Below, piece by piece: positions 1 to 9,399 of a stretch of 64,000 nucleotides of DNA. The stretch is from IMG/VR virus record IMGVR_UViG_3300038825_001787; one strand, written 5' to 3'. Each line of letters starts with the position of its first letter. The first letter of the stretch is position 1. Below the pieces are notes generated by a model, which made no database searches, had not been told where the DNA came from, and saw only the letters and a list, made by a program, of their open reading frames with translations. A program made the translations under genes and the position numbers. The DNA comes from an uncultured virus (IMG/VR IMGVR_UViG_3300038825_001787). Taxonomy: Duplodnaviria; Heunggongvirae; Uroviricota; Caudoviricetes.

Positions 1-699
1 TTAAGTAAATATTTCGTCATAGAGTTCCTGTGGATTTTCTACACCATTGAAATGATACATACCGCGCATCTTATCTAACTTATACAACTGGACTTCTGAA
101 TCATCCATATTCACTGCAGTCTTCAAAAGTTTCTTGACACTTGCAGGCATTTCGTATTCGTCCGGTATAATGCCCTTCTTCCTAAGACTATAATTCATCA
201 CTGCAGTGTGTTCACTCAAGTATGTTTTCAAGTCGTCAATGATTTTGATGACAATGTCTTCATCAGTCATGCCCTCGTAAGACTCCTTGTTCTTATTACG
301 CTCAGGGACTGGTGCAGTGAATCCATCATTAACGATAATCATCTCTTCTGCAATCACTAGTGAGTCGTCTTCATCAATTGAATCTTCGACGGGTCTACTG
401 GGTGCCTCTATATTCAAATCGTCTAAGGATAGAAACGACGTGACAGACTTATCGTCGTAGTTACCAGAGGCCATTCTTCTATAATCCGTCAGGAAATTAC
501 TGTTCATGACACTTACTTCACTTCTTAGTTCACCAATTACTTTGTGAATATCAATAATTGCATTTAGAATATCTGTTTGTTGTTTAGAAAGAAATTGTAT
601 CCGTTCGCTTATTTTTACCAAGTGAGAACTACCGCCACCGAGGTTCGACCATGAGAAAGTATCGTCTGTCATATTACATCGTGACATTACAATACACAT
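1..699 (-). CDS. Hypothetical protein (coiled-coil N-terminal part, acidic linker)
   Basis: 232-aa ORF with stop at 1-3, divergent from the 733 gene; no recognisable motif; true start could be the later ATG (MTDDTF). Confidence 0.7.
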   Translation of the reverse strand: MCIVMSRCNMTDDTFSWSNLGGGSSHLVKISERIQFLSKQQTDILNAIIDIHKVIGELRSEVSVMNSNFLTDYRRMASGNYDDKSVTSFLSLDDLNIEAPSRPVEDSIDEDDSLVIAEEMIIVNDGFTAPVPERNKNKESYEGMTDEDIVIKIIDDLKTYLSEHTAVMNYSLRKKGIIPDEYEMPASVKKLLKTAVNMDDSEVQLYKLDKMRGMYHFNGVENPQELYDEIFT

Positions 700-732
700 A
701 AAAGTTAATGCTGTAACCCACCTCGGACAAGT

Positions 733-960
733 GTGTTGCCGTTACTAGTAGGTGTGGAAGATTCAGTATCTACTGCCAAAACAATACAATTGCTAGCAGA
801 CGCTGGTGTTAGGTATCGGTATCAAGATATGTTGAATACAGATTCTGTCTATGCTGATATGTTGCTAGCAATATCTGGTTCAGTAGAAGTACCGCAATTA
901 TTTGTTGGAGGTGATGTTTATATCGGCAACGACAAGATTTCCAGATATATTAGGAACTGA
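733..960 (+). CDS. Glutaredoxin-fold protein lacking the CxxC active site
   Basis: SGSVEVPQLFVGGDVYIG matches the glutaredoxin cis-Pro motif (TVPQIFxxGxxIG); 75 aa; no cysteines; TTAATG 28 nt upstream of the GTG start. Confidence 0.65.
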   Translation: MLPLLVGVEDSVSTAKTIQLLADAGVRYRYQDMLNTDSVYADMLLAISGSVEVPQLFVGGDVYIGNDKISRYIRN

Positions 961-1783
961 TTGGCAGTGTAAAGCAGAACCACCTTTCGGTGTCAAAGAA
1001 TGTCCAAATTACGACTATCCCGGTCCAGAGTTGGATAATTCAACAGGTGAATGGATTTGTAGAAAGTGTTTTAGAGTAATTGGTAATCAAAACTCTACCG
1101 ACGATGAAATACATAGTGATGATGCAATAGACGATGAAAACGCCGAAGAAGTGGAAATAGCATACGTAAGTGAAGGCGAAAAGAACATCGATCAGACACC
1201 TAGGCAAAAGCAAGAAATAAGAATTAGACGAGTGATTGAGGGAGTAATAGTACAAATAGATCCAGTAGATCAAGACTTTGCGGTATCCTTAACCAAGAAC
1301 CAATTTGAAATAATAAACATGATTCTTAGTCTGGCGGATGATGACATACCGCTTTTCAAAGGTGGTAAGAATTACAAACCAAGGGTGATTGCAGTAAATT
1401 CTTACTTTATCAGAAGATTACCAAATACAAAGGCAATGCTTGCCATGAAGATAAAACCCAAACAAGTAATTTCTAGAAAAACTATACTAGACAATATGTA
1501 TAGAACAGATGTAGATAATCCTATACATAGAAGTATAGACGATATAGGTAAACAATTAGGTATTCTTAGTACTATAATTGCACTTGCTATAGAAGAACAC
1601 GGTAGACTGAAACCTACCAACAAAGAACCTAAACCATTAGCACAAGCAGCCGCTTGGCTTTACATACAATGTAAAAAGAGCAAATATAAGATAACTAAGA
1701 AAGAATTCTATAAAATACCTAATCTTTCCAGAGATGCTATGAATAGAGCAATTGAATCTTACAGAGATCTTCCGCAATCTTAA
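902..1783 (+). CDS. tfb: TFB/TFIIB-like transcription initiation factor (divergent)
   Basis: Zn-ribbon-like CPNY...DNSTGEWICRKCFRVIG, acidic linker, two cyclin-like repeats (KPRVIAV; PLAQAAAWLYIQCK...ITKKEF...LSRDAMNRAI); start codon uncertain. Confidence 0.7.
   Translation: MLEVMFISATTRFPDILGTDWQCKAEPPFGVKECPNYDYPGPELDNSTGEWICRKCFRVIGNQNSTDDEIHSDDAIDDENAEEVEIAYVSEGEKNIDQTPRQKQEIRIRRVIEGVIVQIDPVDQDFAVSLTKNQFEIINMILSLADDDIPLFKGGKNYKPRVIAVNSYFIRRLPNTKAMLAMKIKPKQVISRKTILDNMYRTDVDNPIHRSIDDIGKQLGILSTIIALAIEEHGRLKPTNKEPKPLAQAAAWLYIQCKKSKYKITKKEFYKIPNLSRDAMNRAIESYRDLPQS
1482..1595. other. TpA-rich island inside CDS
   Basis: Dense TAG/CTA/TATA (actatactag...ctatacatagaagtatagacgatatagg); boundaries by eye. 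Confidence 0.55.
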
Positions 1784-1821
1784 AGACTCTTAGAAAGTAC
1801 CGTAGGTCTGAGGAAGTCAAT

Positions 1822-2442
1822 ATGGTAGACAAGGTTGCTTGGGCAGAATTTAGAAAAATACACAGTGGAATTAGTAGAGAGATTAAGTCAATGGCTTGGA
1901 ATGCTTACAAAACAGATGACTTCAAAGAGTATCTAAGTCTTTGTGAAGAAGCGAACTTTACTACACCACTAGATGTAGGTGTTACCGAGAATGCGGAAGA
2001 AACACCTGATGCGGTTCCAGAAGATAATATATTTGTAGAATATGCTAAGTTAAGCAGAAGGCTAAACCGATTCGGTATCAGTATGACAGTCGAAGAAAAA
2101 AGAACAATAGAAAAAAGACTAGGAGAAATAGCAAGAGAAACAATTCCAGATAACTATCATTGTACACCAACTGATGGTTGGCAGATTTGGTTCGGACCAA
2201 CACAACAGTGTTTGCTAATCAACACAACTAGGAAACTAGCATTTACGTGCTCACGTTCTTGGTGGCAAAAAAGATATCTAAACGCAATGTATGTACAACG
2301 CGAGTTAGTCAATGACGAAAAACAAATAGCAAGAATGCGTTCTAGTTATGAAATGAGAAAGAAATTAGTCAAGAGGGCACCATTGCCAGACGTAGAAATC
2401 ATGCTACCAACATCCGCAGCAGAATACCGAATGCGAGGTTGA
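1822..2442 (+). CDS. Hypothetical protein
   Basis: 206-aa ORF with genome-typical codon usage. Confidence 0.75.
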   Translation: MVDKVAWAEFRKIHSGISREIKSMAWNAYKTDDFKEYLSLCEEANFTTPLDVGVTENAEETPDAVPEDNIFVEYAKLSRRLNRFGISMTVEEKRTIEKRLGEIARETIPDNYHCTPTDGWQIWFGPTQQCLLINTTRKLAFTCSRSWWQKRYLNAMYVQRELVNDEKQIARMRSSYEMRKKLVKRAPLPDVEIMLPTSAAEYRMRG

Positions 2443-2461
2443 TACCATCTCTGATGACAAT

Positions 2462-2908
2462 TTGGTTTCTGAATTAGCCGCGCTCAAAGCACAAATGGCT
2501 ATGTTGATGAGTAGTAATACAGAATTAGCACCAAGTGTTTCTTCCATATGGGTTGTTTACGATGCATCTAAGATATCAGTGTGGTGTAGTAAAACAGATT
2601 GCCCACTATTGGGAAGAGAAGTAACATATGATGTAGTCAAAGAAGAAAAAGGCGATGACGGCGAATTAGAGTCAATCATTAAAACAGGACTCTCAGAAGA
2701 AGAATCAAACAGTGGAGATTATGATGCTAGAGTAATGCGATTAAGTTCTCCGAAGATAAAACACCATGATTTAGGTGTAATAGCATCTTTCACTTCCAAA
2801 AAGAAAGCAACTACTTTCATAGAAGACTACTTTCGGATGAATAGAGCAACTCTCAGTGGTAAAGATGCACCAGAAATTGGTTTATCAGAAATAGTCATTA
2901 CTGCATGA
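2462..2908 (+). CDS. Hypothetical protein
   Basis: 148-aa ORF directly following the previous gene; start uncertain. Confidence 0.7.
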   Translation: MVSELAALKAQMAMLMSSNTELAPSVSSIWVVYDASKISVWCSKTDCPLLGREVTYDVVKEEKGDDGELESIIKTGLSEEESNSGDYDARVMRLSSPKIKHHDLGVIASFTSKKKATTFIEDYFRMNRATLSGKDAPEIGLSEIVITA

Positions 2909-3013
2909 GTTTTGGAAAGTTAATTCTTTCCACAGTATACTTTAAGGACCTAACCTACGTCGTCAAACTTACCCACTAAATGTTTAGTCACATTTGTGGT
3001 AGGAATGACATAG

Positions 3014-4948
3014 ATGACACCTGACAGAAGCATACTTAGCGACATAACAGTACACATGAAATACGCCAGATTTTTACCCGACAAACAACGTAGGGAAACG
3101 TGGTCAGAAATAGTTGAAAGGAACAAAGCGATGCATGTTTCCAAATTCAATCTACTGTATAATAATAATATAGAATTCAAAAGTATGTTGGATAATACTT
3201 ACAAACTAATCGAACAGAAAAAAGTTTTACCATCCATGAGGTCAATGCAGTTTGGTGGTAAAGCAATAGAAGTATCCAACAACAGAGTTTACAACTGTGC
3301 ATTCATGCCAGTAGAATCAATAAACTCTTTTTCGGAAGCAATGTTCTTGCTACTAGGTGGAACAGGTGTTGGATATTCGGTACAATATGATAACGTCAAC
3401 AAACTACCATCAAAACAAGCGATGCAAGATATGATACCGATAAAACACGAAATTGCCGACAGTATTGAGGGTTGGGCAGATTCAGTAAAGATGGTGGTTC
3501 TAAGTCAACTTTATGGATTCCCAATAGAATTCGACTATGGTCAAATACGCCCAAAGGGAGCAATTTTAAAGACATCTGGGGGTAGAGCGCCAGGTCACGA
3601 ACCACTAAAACTATGCCTAGAAAAAATAGAAAGCGTTTTACAAAGTGTCGAAGTTGGAGAAAAAATGTCATCACTAAATGCGCACGACATCATGTGTTAC
3701 CTAGCAGATGCTGTTTTGTCAGGCGGCATTAGGAGAGCAGCGATGATTAGTTTGTTCGACAAAGGTGACGAAGAAATGTTACTATCAAAGTGGTCCGATG
3801 GTGAGGACGGATTTTGGACAGAAAATCCACAGCGCATGAGAGCAAATAATTCAGTAGTCCTAGACAGAGCAACAGTAACCAAAGAAGATTTTGAAAAGGT
3901 TTGGGCCGTTGCACGCGATAATAATTCTGGAGAACCAGGGTTTTATTTTACTAATGATACAACATGGGGTACTAATCCTTGTGTGGAAATTGGATTGAAA
4001 AAATATCAGTTCTGCAATTTGTCAGAGATTAATGTTAGTGACGTAGAAGATAAAATAGATTTAGCAGAAAGAGTAACTGCTGCAACTTTCTTAGGTACAC
4101 TACAAGCATCTTATACAGACTTCCATTATCTTAGAGAAATATGGAAAACAACTACAGAAGAAGATGCGTTGATAGGAGTCAGTATGACTGGTATTGCCTC
4201 TGGTAAAATACTCAATCACGACTTAGAAGAAATGTCAGAACTAGTAAAAGAAGTAAATAAGAAGTGTGCAGATATGATAGGAATAAACGCAGCAGCAAGA
4301 ACAACTTGTGTTAAACCCGCAGGAACAACAAGTCTGACACTAGGTACTTCTTCGGGCATTCACGCATGGCACAATGATTACTATATCAGAAGAATGAGAG
4401 TTAAGAAGAACGAACCAATCTACAATCATCTCTACATGAATCATCCTGAGTTAATAGAAGACGATTTGTACGATACCAATGGTGCCGTAATATCTGTTCC
4501 ACAGCGAGCACCACCTGGCTCTATCTTAAGGACAGAATCATCTTTGGATTTACTAAATAGAGTAAAGAAGTTTAGTTCTGAGTGGATTAAACCTGGTCAC
4601 GTTGGTGGAATTAATTCACATAATGTTTCTGCTACCGTATCAGTAAGACCCGATGAATGGGATGAAGTAAGTGAATGGATGTGGGAGAACAGAGATGTCT
4701 ACAATGGTATCGCTGTGTTACCATATGACGGTGGTGGTTACGAACAAGCACCGTTTGAAGATTGTGACGAAGATAAGTATCATGAGATGTATAAGACACT
4801 TAGCACAATAGACCTTACACAAATATGGGAAGCAGAGGACCAAACATCTCTACAAGGAGAAATCGCTTGTGCAGGTGGAGTATGTGAGATAGATATGGTT
4901 TACGAAGAAGACACTAAAATTCAAGATCTTCATCCATTAGACCACTGA
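3014..4948 (+). CDS. nrdJ: Class II (adenosylcobalamin-dependent) ribonucleotide reductase, monomeric RTPR-like
   Basis: VYNCAF, GGIRRAAMI, TNPCVEI (thiyl Cys), FCNLSEIN, CVKPAGTTS, C-terminal CAGGVCE redox pair; no NrdB gene nearby. Confidence 0.93.
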   Translation: MTPDRSILSDITVHMKYARFLPDKQRRETWSEIVERNKAMHVSKFNLLYNNNIEFKSMLDNTYKLIEQKKVLPSMRSMQFGGKAIEVSNNRVYNCAFMPVESINSFSEAMFLLLGGTGVGYSVQYDNVNKLPSKQAMQDMIPIKHEIADSIEGWADSVKMVVLSQLYGFPIEFDYGQIRPKGAILKTSGGRAPGHEPLKLCLEKIESVLQSVEVGEKMSSLNAHDIMCYLADAVLSGGIRRAAMISLFDKGDEEMLLSKWSDGEDGFWTENPQRMRANNSVVLDRATVTKEDFEKVWAVARDNNSGEPGFYFTNDTTWGTNPCVEIGLKKYQFCNLSEINVSDVEDKIDLAERVTAATFLGTLQASYTDFHYLREIWKTTTEEDALIGVSMTGIASGKILNHDLEEMSELVKEVNKKCADMIGINAAARTTCVKPAGTTSLTLGTSSGIHAWHNDYYIRRMRVKKNEPIYNHLYMNHPELIEDDLYDTNGAVISVPQRAPPGSILRTESSLDLLNRVKKFSSEWIKPGHVGGINSHNVSATVSVRPDEWDEVSEWMWENRDVYNGIAVLPYDGGGYEQAPFEDCDEDKYHEMYKTLSTIDLTQIWEAEDQTSLQGEIACAGGVCEIDMVYEEDTKIQDLHPLDH

Positions 4949-5543
4949 AATCGAATTCAGAATCATCTTCGTAATCGTAGGCTTTGTCAAACTCTGCTGC
5001 GCGTTGTACAGAGTTGGTCATTCTTTTCATACCTATCTTGTGTAGGTCAACGGAAAGATAAGAACGCATAGCCCTGCTCATGTATGGGTCTAAACCCATT
5101 AGGTAAAGACGCATTACCTCTAAAGACATTCTTACCAAAGCAGTCGTCGTCCATGGTCTTGCTTTAGGGTCGTTACTAAACGCCGCATCTTTATCGAATG
5201 GTAAATTATACGCACCTGTTCGTAAGAATGATTCGCGTACCGACAAAGGCAAGTATCTGAAAGCACCGAGTTTATACATTGCTTGCATATCTGCTACCGT
5301 ATCTAACATAGTCTGATCTAATTGCACACCTACTTTGTTACCTTCAAGGTGTGCGGTGCGCTCCCGAAGCCATAACTTCTTTGGAGAAGTAACAACCTTG
5401 CTTCCCATCAATACATCCTTTATTTGCATTTCACGTGCTAATCTTCTTTTGTCATTGGCAGGCCATGTATCTGGGTCAAAAGGATCTATCTTATTCTTAT
5501 CCCCAACCGGCCTACCACTGCCCTTTCCGCCCATGTTTGGCAC
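4914..5543 (-). CDS. Hypothetical protein, possibly DNA-binding
   Basis: 209-aa ORF, N-terminal GGKGSGRP (AT-hook-like); AGGAG upstream on the minus strand. Confidence 0.65.
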   Translation of the reverse strand: MPNMGGKGSGRPVGDKNKIDPFDPDTWPANDKRRLAREMQIKDVLMGSKVVTSPKKLWLRERTAHLEGNKVGVQLDQTMLDTVADMQAMYKLGAFRYLPLSVRESFLRTGAYNLPFDKDAAFSNDPKARPWTTTALVRMSLEVMRLYLMGLDPYMSRAMRSYLSVDLHKIGMKRMTNSVQRAAEFDKAYDYEDDSEFDFSGLMDEDLEF

Positions 5544-5651
5544 TTGACTACTCCTTAACCAAATACCTTACGCAAAATCACTTGTACTCAATAAGAAGTT
5601 TTAGTTTAAATCTCCGCATCACTTAATACTAATTGCAAATCATCTTGTCTT

Positions 5652-6029
5652 ATGCAACAGAAGGCTAACGAGATACACTTGCTATTGAATAATGAAGTTT
5701 TGTTACTCAAAGACGTAAAGATAATCGAGACCGAAGACGGTCTTTACGTTGAAGACTCTTTCAAACTAGGAACCGACGACGATGGTAAAGATATCATTCA
5801 AAGACGATTGACATACTATAGGAGAGAGACAATCCTAAAGATAGTCTGGACAGAAAATTCTTTAGTTGATTCGATTAAAGAAAATGTTTTGGCAGAAATA
5901 ATTCAAGACAAGTTTGAACATCTTATGGATACTTACGAAGATTACGAGGAAGAAGAAATGGTTGGTACACCTAAAGCAGATAGGAGAGACGACCCAGAGT
6001 TCAACCCATATGGTAAGAAGGATGAGTGA
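5652..6029 (+). CDS. Hypothetical acidic protein
   Basis: 125-aa ORF, TTAATA 29 nt upstream, first gene of a tight operon. Confidence 0.75.
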   Translation: MQQKANEIHLLLNNEVLLLKDVKIIETEDGLYVEDSFKLGTDDDGKDIIQRRLTYYRRETILKIVWTENSLVDSIKENVLAEIIQDKFEHLMDTYEDYEEEEMVGTPKADRRDDPEFNPYGKKDE

Positions 6030-6033
6030 TTAG

Positions 6034-6534
6034 ATGTCAGACCCAGTAGAAGAAGCATATAGAAAGTCCCAAGAGAATAGGACAGAATACGTTGAAGTAG
6101 AATCAGAAGGTATCGTTGACAAACAATTGATATCCGATTTGAAAGAAATCAAAGGCGAGATTAACTTAGTGTATTCAAAGTTAATAGCGAATCCTTACAT
6201 GGCACCAGACCTTGTAGATGATGCAAGAAGTTCCCTAGTTAGAACTGTTGGTTTGCTAATGGAATATAATATTCCACTACAACACGAAGGCAAGAAGAGG
6301 ACAGCAGATGATATTATCAGAGAGTCTTTAGCCGAATTAGGTGGTTTACTTGGTGCGAAGGGTGCAATAGCGGCTCTTAGAGCAAAAAGAAGTTTCCAAC
6401 AGACTTGGGAAGATTACCGTAATAGCGATGACTTCGAAGTGTATCACGATCCAGAAACAGATGATTACTACTTTATCGACCCCGATACAGGTGATGAGAT
6501 AGATTGTGATGTTAATGGAAACCCATTGGAGTGA
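6034..6534 (+). CDS. Hypothetical protein with acidic aromatic C-terminal motif
   Basis: 166 aa, 4-nt gap; ends YHDPETDDYYFIDPDTGDEIDCD. Confidence 0.75.
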   Translation: MSDPVEEAYRKSQENRTEYVEVESEGIVDKQLISDLKEIKGEINLVYSKLIANPYMAPDLVDDARSSLVRTVGLLMEYNIPLQHEGKKRTADDIIRESLAELGGLLGAKGAIAALRAKRSFQQTWEDYRNSDDFEVYHDPETDDYYFIDPDTGDEIDCDVNGNPLE

Positions 6535-6539
6535 TTTGA

Positions 6540-8111
6540 ATGGAAGAGTACGACGAATACGATAATTTTGACGACGAACAAAAAGAAGATAAGACCAACC
6601 CACAGTGGAGAACACTTTCACCAAAAGAAAGAAAACTATTGATGAAAAATGTTTTTGGGAATCCAGATTGGTACGACGAATCACATGGTTCGCCAGTCTT
6701 TGAGGGTGGTCAAGCAAACCCAATGTTCGAAGAGATTTCTGAAAAAGCAGGTGCACCTGTTAGAGAAGTAAAAAGATATTATGCGGCATGGTTAAAGAGT
6801 CAAGGTTTTAGTCCAGCAGAGGCATTGAAGTCAAATGACAATATACAACAAAGCCACACACCAGCATCTTACTCAACAGCAACTTCACCACCACCAATGA
6901 GTTCACCACAGCCACAAGCAGTACAATTACCGACTTTACAACCACCCCCGTCGACAGATGGTGGCGGCAATGAAATGTGGGCTATGATGCAGTTCCTTAC
7001 ACAACAACAAGCAATGCAGATGCAACAACAACAGTTTCAAATGCAGATGATGATGGAACAACGCAGACTCGACCAACAGAAAGAAGGTGACACACGAAGA
7101 GAAGCGATGGCTCGTGACCAACAATTTATGAACCAACAAATGGCTTTTATGCGTGATATCACAAAGAGGGCAGGAGATGGAGACGGGTTCTTTGATTCTG
7201 AGTTCAAAGGCATTTTCAAAGAAAAAGTACTAGATAGTTTCATGGGTGAAAAAGACGACTCTTGGAAAGACTCAATCAAAGACGTGCTTGGTAGTGACAC
7301 GATGAAAGCAGCAGTTGGCGGTCTTGGTACGGCATTGGCGACAAGAGGTGGACCTCAGATACCAGCAGGTTACGATAATCCCGACTACAATCCATATGCA
7401 CAAACTGCAATGATTCAGCAACCGATTGCCGAAGCACAACCTGTACCACAAGCAATCCCACAACCTGTACCACAAGCAATCCCACAACCTGTACCACAAC
7501 CGGAAACACAGTTGGACGGTGTTTTCTTCGGTGACGAAGCACCCGTAGCAGAGCAACTACAAGCAACTCCAGAACCAGTTGTTCAACCACCACCACAGTT
7601 CAACGATGATGAATATAGAAAAATTCTATTCTCAGCGTTTGTAGAAGCAATGGGTCCCGTAGCACAAGACCAACAAGTTTTGGTTGCATTACAGCAACAA
7701 GTAGACGTAGCAGTTGATAATACTTTAAGAGAAATGCCACAAGCATTACCACAAATAAAACTACAAGCAATGAACGAAAAACTATTGTTAATTAGGAATC
7801 TAAGAGACATTGGAATGGGAATGATGGATTTGAGAGAAAGAACCCCAGCGGGTGAAGCACCATCTACTTTAGTAACCGCAGCAGTGATTGGCGAATTAAG
7901 AAAGAATCCTGAATTTTACAAGATATTTGCAGAAAACACATATGATGAGTTGATGGCAAAGATTGAACCATTCAAGCATACTGGTGCAGTAGAACAAGAC
8001 TACAGTTATCTACTACAACCACAAGTACAAGAGGTTTGCAGACCTCTATTGGCTGCAGTAACAAACGATGCAAAAATAAACGGTATGCCTAGCGTACCTA
8101 CTCTAGCGTAG
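6540..8111 (+). CDS. Gln/Met/Pro-rich low-complexity protein
   Basis: 523 aa; MMQFLTQQQAMQMQQQQFQMQMMMEQ tract and QPVPQAIP repeats. Confidence 0.85.
   Translation: MEEYDEYDNFDDEQKEDKTNPQWRTLSPKERKLLMKNVFGNPDWYDESHGSPVFEGGQANPMFEEISEKAGAPVREVKRYYAAWLKSQGFSPAEALKSNDNIQQSHTPASYSTATSPPPMSSPQPQAVQLPTLQPPPSTDGGGNEMWAMMQFLTQQQAMQMQQQQFQMQMMMEQRRLDQQKEGDTRREAMARDQQFMNQQMAFMRDITKRAGDGDGFFDSEFKGIFKEKVLDSFMGEKDDSWKDSIKDVLGSDTMKAAVGGLGTALATRGGPQIPAGYDNPDYNPYAQTAMIQQPIAEAQPVPQAIPQPVPQAIPQPVPQPETQLDGVFFGDEAPVAEQLQATPEPVVQPPPQFNDDEYRKILFSAFVEAMGPVAQDQQVLVALQQQVDVAVDNTLREMPQALPQIKLQAMNEKLLLIRNLRDIGMGMMDLRERTPAGEAPSTLVTAAVIGELRKNPEFYKIFAENTYDELMAKIEPFKHTGAVEQDYSYLLQPQVQEVCRPLLAAVTNDAKINGMPSVPTLA
7437..7499 (+). 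repeat. 24-bp in-frame tandem repeat (2.6 copies)
   Basis: CAACCTGTACCACAAGCAATCCCA x2 plus a 15-nt partial copy; encodes QPVPQAIP. Confidence 0.95.
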
Positions 8112-8120
8112 GTGAATTAA

Positions 8121-8270
8121 ATGATGCTAGAAGATGATCATATAGAAGATAAGTATAGTAATGATAGATATAATATAGATAGGTTAGTAATACCTACATG
8201 GGGATTTATATTATTATTCTTAGGGCCTTCTATACTTACTCTAGGTTATCTATCGTATAGTACAACATTG
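8121..8270. other. TpA-rich island inside CDS
   Basis: tatagaagataagtatagtaatgatagatataatatagataggttagtaatacctac...ctaggttatctatcgtatagtac. Confidence 0.65.
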
Positions 8271-8891
8271 GATACCACCGCTACGGCCATCATTGCTCTA
8301 GCAGTAATGAATGGTTCAATTAATTCGGTTATTGCTTGGATGACAATTAGACTGGATGGGCACTCTAATGACGCCATTGAACACATGGATGAAATAATGT
8401 TGGGCATGGAAAATCTAGATGATACAATGGAAGCAGCGAGTGAAATGGTCACTAATTTTAACACAGACTTAGAAGAAGCAAAAGCAGTTTTCGCAAAAGT
8501 AGGTGTTGACTTAACAGAATTAGATTTAGATCCACTAGCAGAAGTTGTGGAGAAACTAAAGGAAAACAAAGACGGTTTCACAGAAATACTTGATAACCTA
8601 AAAGAAATAGATGTTACACATTACATCAACCAAGCAAAGAGAATTGATTGGCAAGCAATGTTGGACTCAGCAGAAGAAATCATGGGATTCATACAAGCAA
8701 GAAATGATGGCACTCTGAACGTACCAAAACCAGCAGTCTCTTCTATAAACTTACCAGACATTGGTATAAATTTTGAAGCAGAGGATGACGACGATGATTT
8801 CTTTAGTAGCGGTCCCGAGACCCCAGCATTGACATTAACACCACCAAGTACTAGGTCATTAAACCTAACACCACCTAGAAGAAGAAACTAA
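8121..8891 (+). CDS. Membrane protein (2 TM) with coiled-coil cytoplasmic domain
   Basis: Two hydrophobic segments then an acidic heptad-like region; GGTGA SD upstream. Confidence 0.8.
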   Translation: MMLEDDHIEDKYSNDRYNIDRLVIPTWGFILLFLGPSILTLGYLSYSTTLDTTATAIIALAVMNGSINSVIAWMTIRLDGHSNDAIEHMDEIMLGMENLDDTMEAASEMVTNFNTDLEEAKAVFAKVGVDLTELDLDPLAEVVEKLKENKDGFTEILDNLKEIDVTHYINQAKRIDWQAMLDSAEEIMGFIQARNDGTLNVPKPAVSSINLPDIGINFEAEDDDDDFFSSGPETPALTLTPPSTRSLNLTPPRRRN

Positions 8892-9328
8892 TTTATTTCT
8901 TCTAACTCAAAGAATCTGACTTTGGTAAACGGTGCTTCTCCTTGTGCGCATTGTATTTTTTCTGCTGACATCTTGACAATTTGATTATCATCTAAGAATA
9001 CAATACCTGAACAAGCATCTTTTACTAGTTTAATCATGTTGTCTAAGTCTGGTTTTTTAATTCGCCATTTTCTAGGAACAGGTGTTCTCTTACGTTCTTG
9101 GCTTTTTGGTAATTTAATTCCGAACTGTATTTGCATTCCTATTGGTCCAATCAACACTCCTATGCCAGCATCTAACATTGCTGCATCTGCAAAATACTTT
9201 ACAGATTGTTTACCTTCTCTACTTTTCTTAGGATCGTACGCTCTAGCGAAACCACCGTGCGTACTAAAGCGAGGTCTACCTTGAGACACCGGTTCACCCG
9301 GGATTACTATCGTGAGTTCTTTCTTCAT
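8888..9328 (-). CDS. rusA: RusA-family Holliday junction resolvase
   Basis: IPGEPVSQGRPRF, KPDLDNMIKLVKDACSG, FLDDNQIV. Confidence 0.92.
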   Translation of the reverse strand: MKKELTIVIPGEPVSQGRPRFSTHGGFARAYDPKKSREGKQSVKYFADAAMLDAGIGVLIGPIGMQIQFGIKLPKSQERKRTPVPRKWRIKKPDLDNMIKLVKDACSGIVFLDDNQIVKMSAEKIQCAQGEAPFTKVRFFELEEIN

Positions 9329-9399
9329 GTCACTAACTACAACTACTTAGTATTCAAGGTTGTGAAAGGCGTTAAAGTATTGTACCCTCTCCGAGCACT

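Noticed and set aside
2909..3013. Cobalamin riboswitch before nrdJ
   Set aside because: Region is short and AT-rich with no B12-box
3014..4948. Intein or intron in RNR
   Set aside because: Length and motif spacing are normal; no splice-junction motifs
7437..7499. Direct repeats here, at 26607 and at 39826-40140 as possible CRISPR arrays
   Set aside because: In-frame coding tandem repeats without unique spacers; no cas genes
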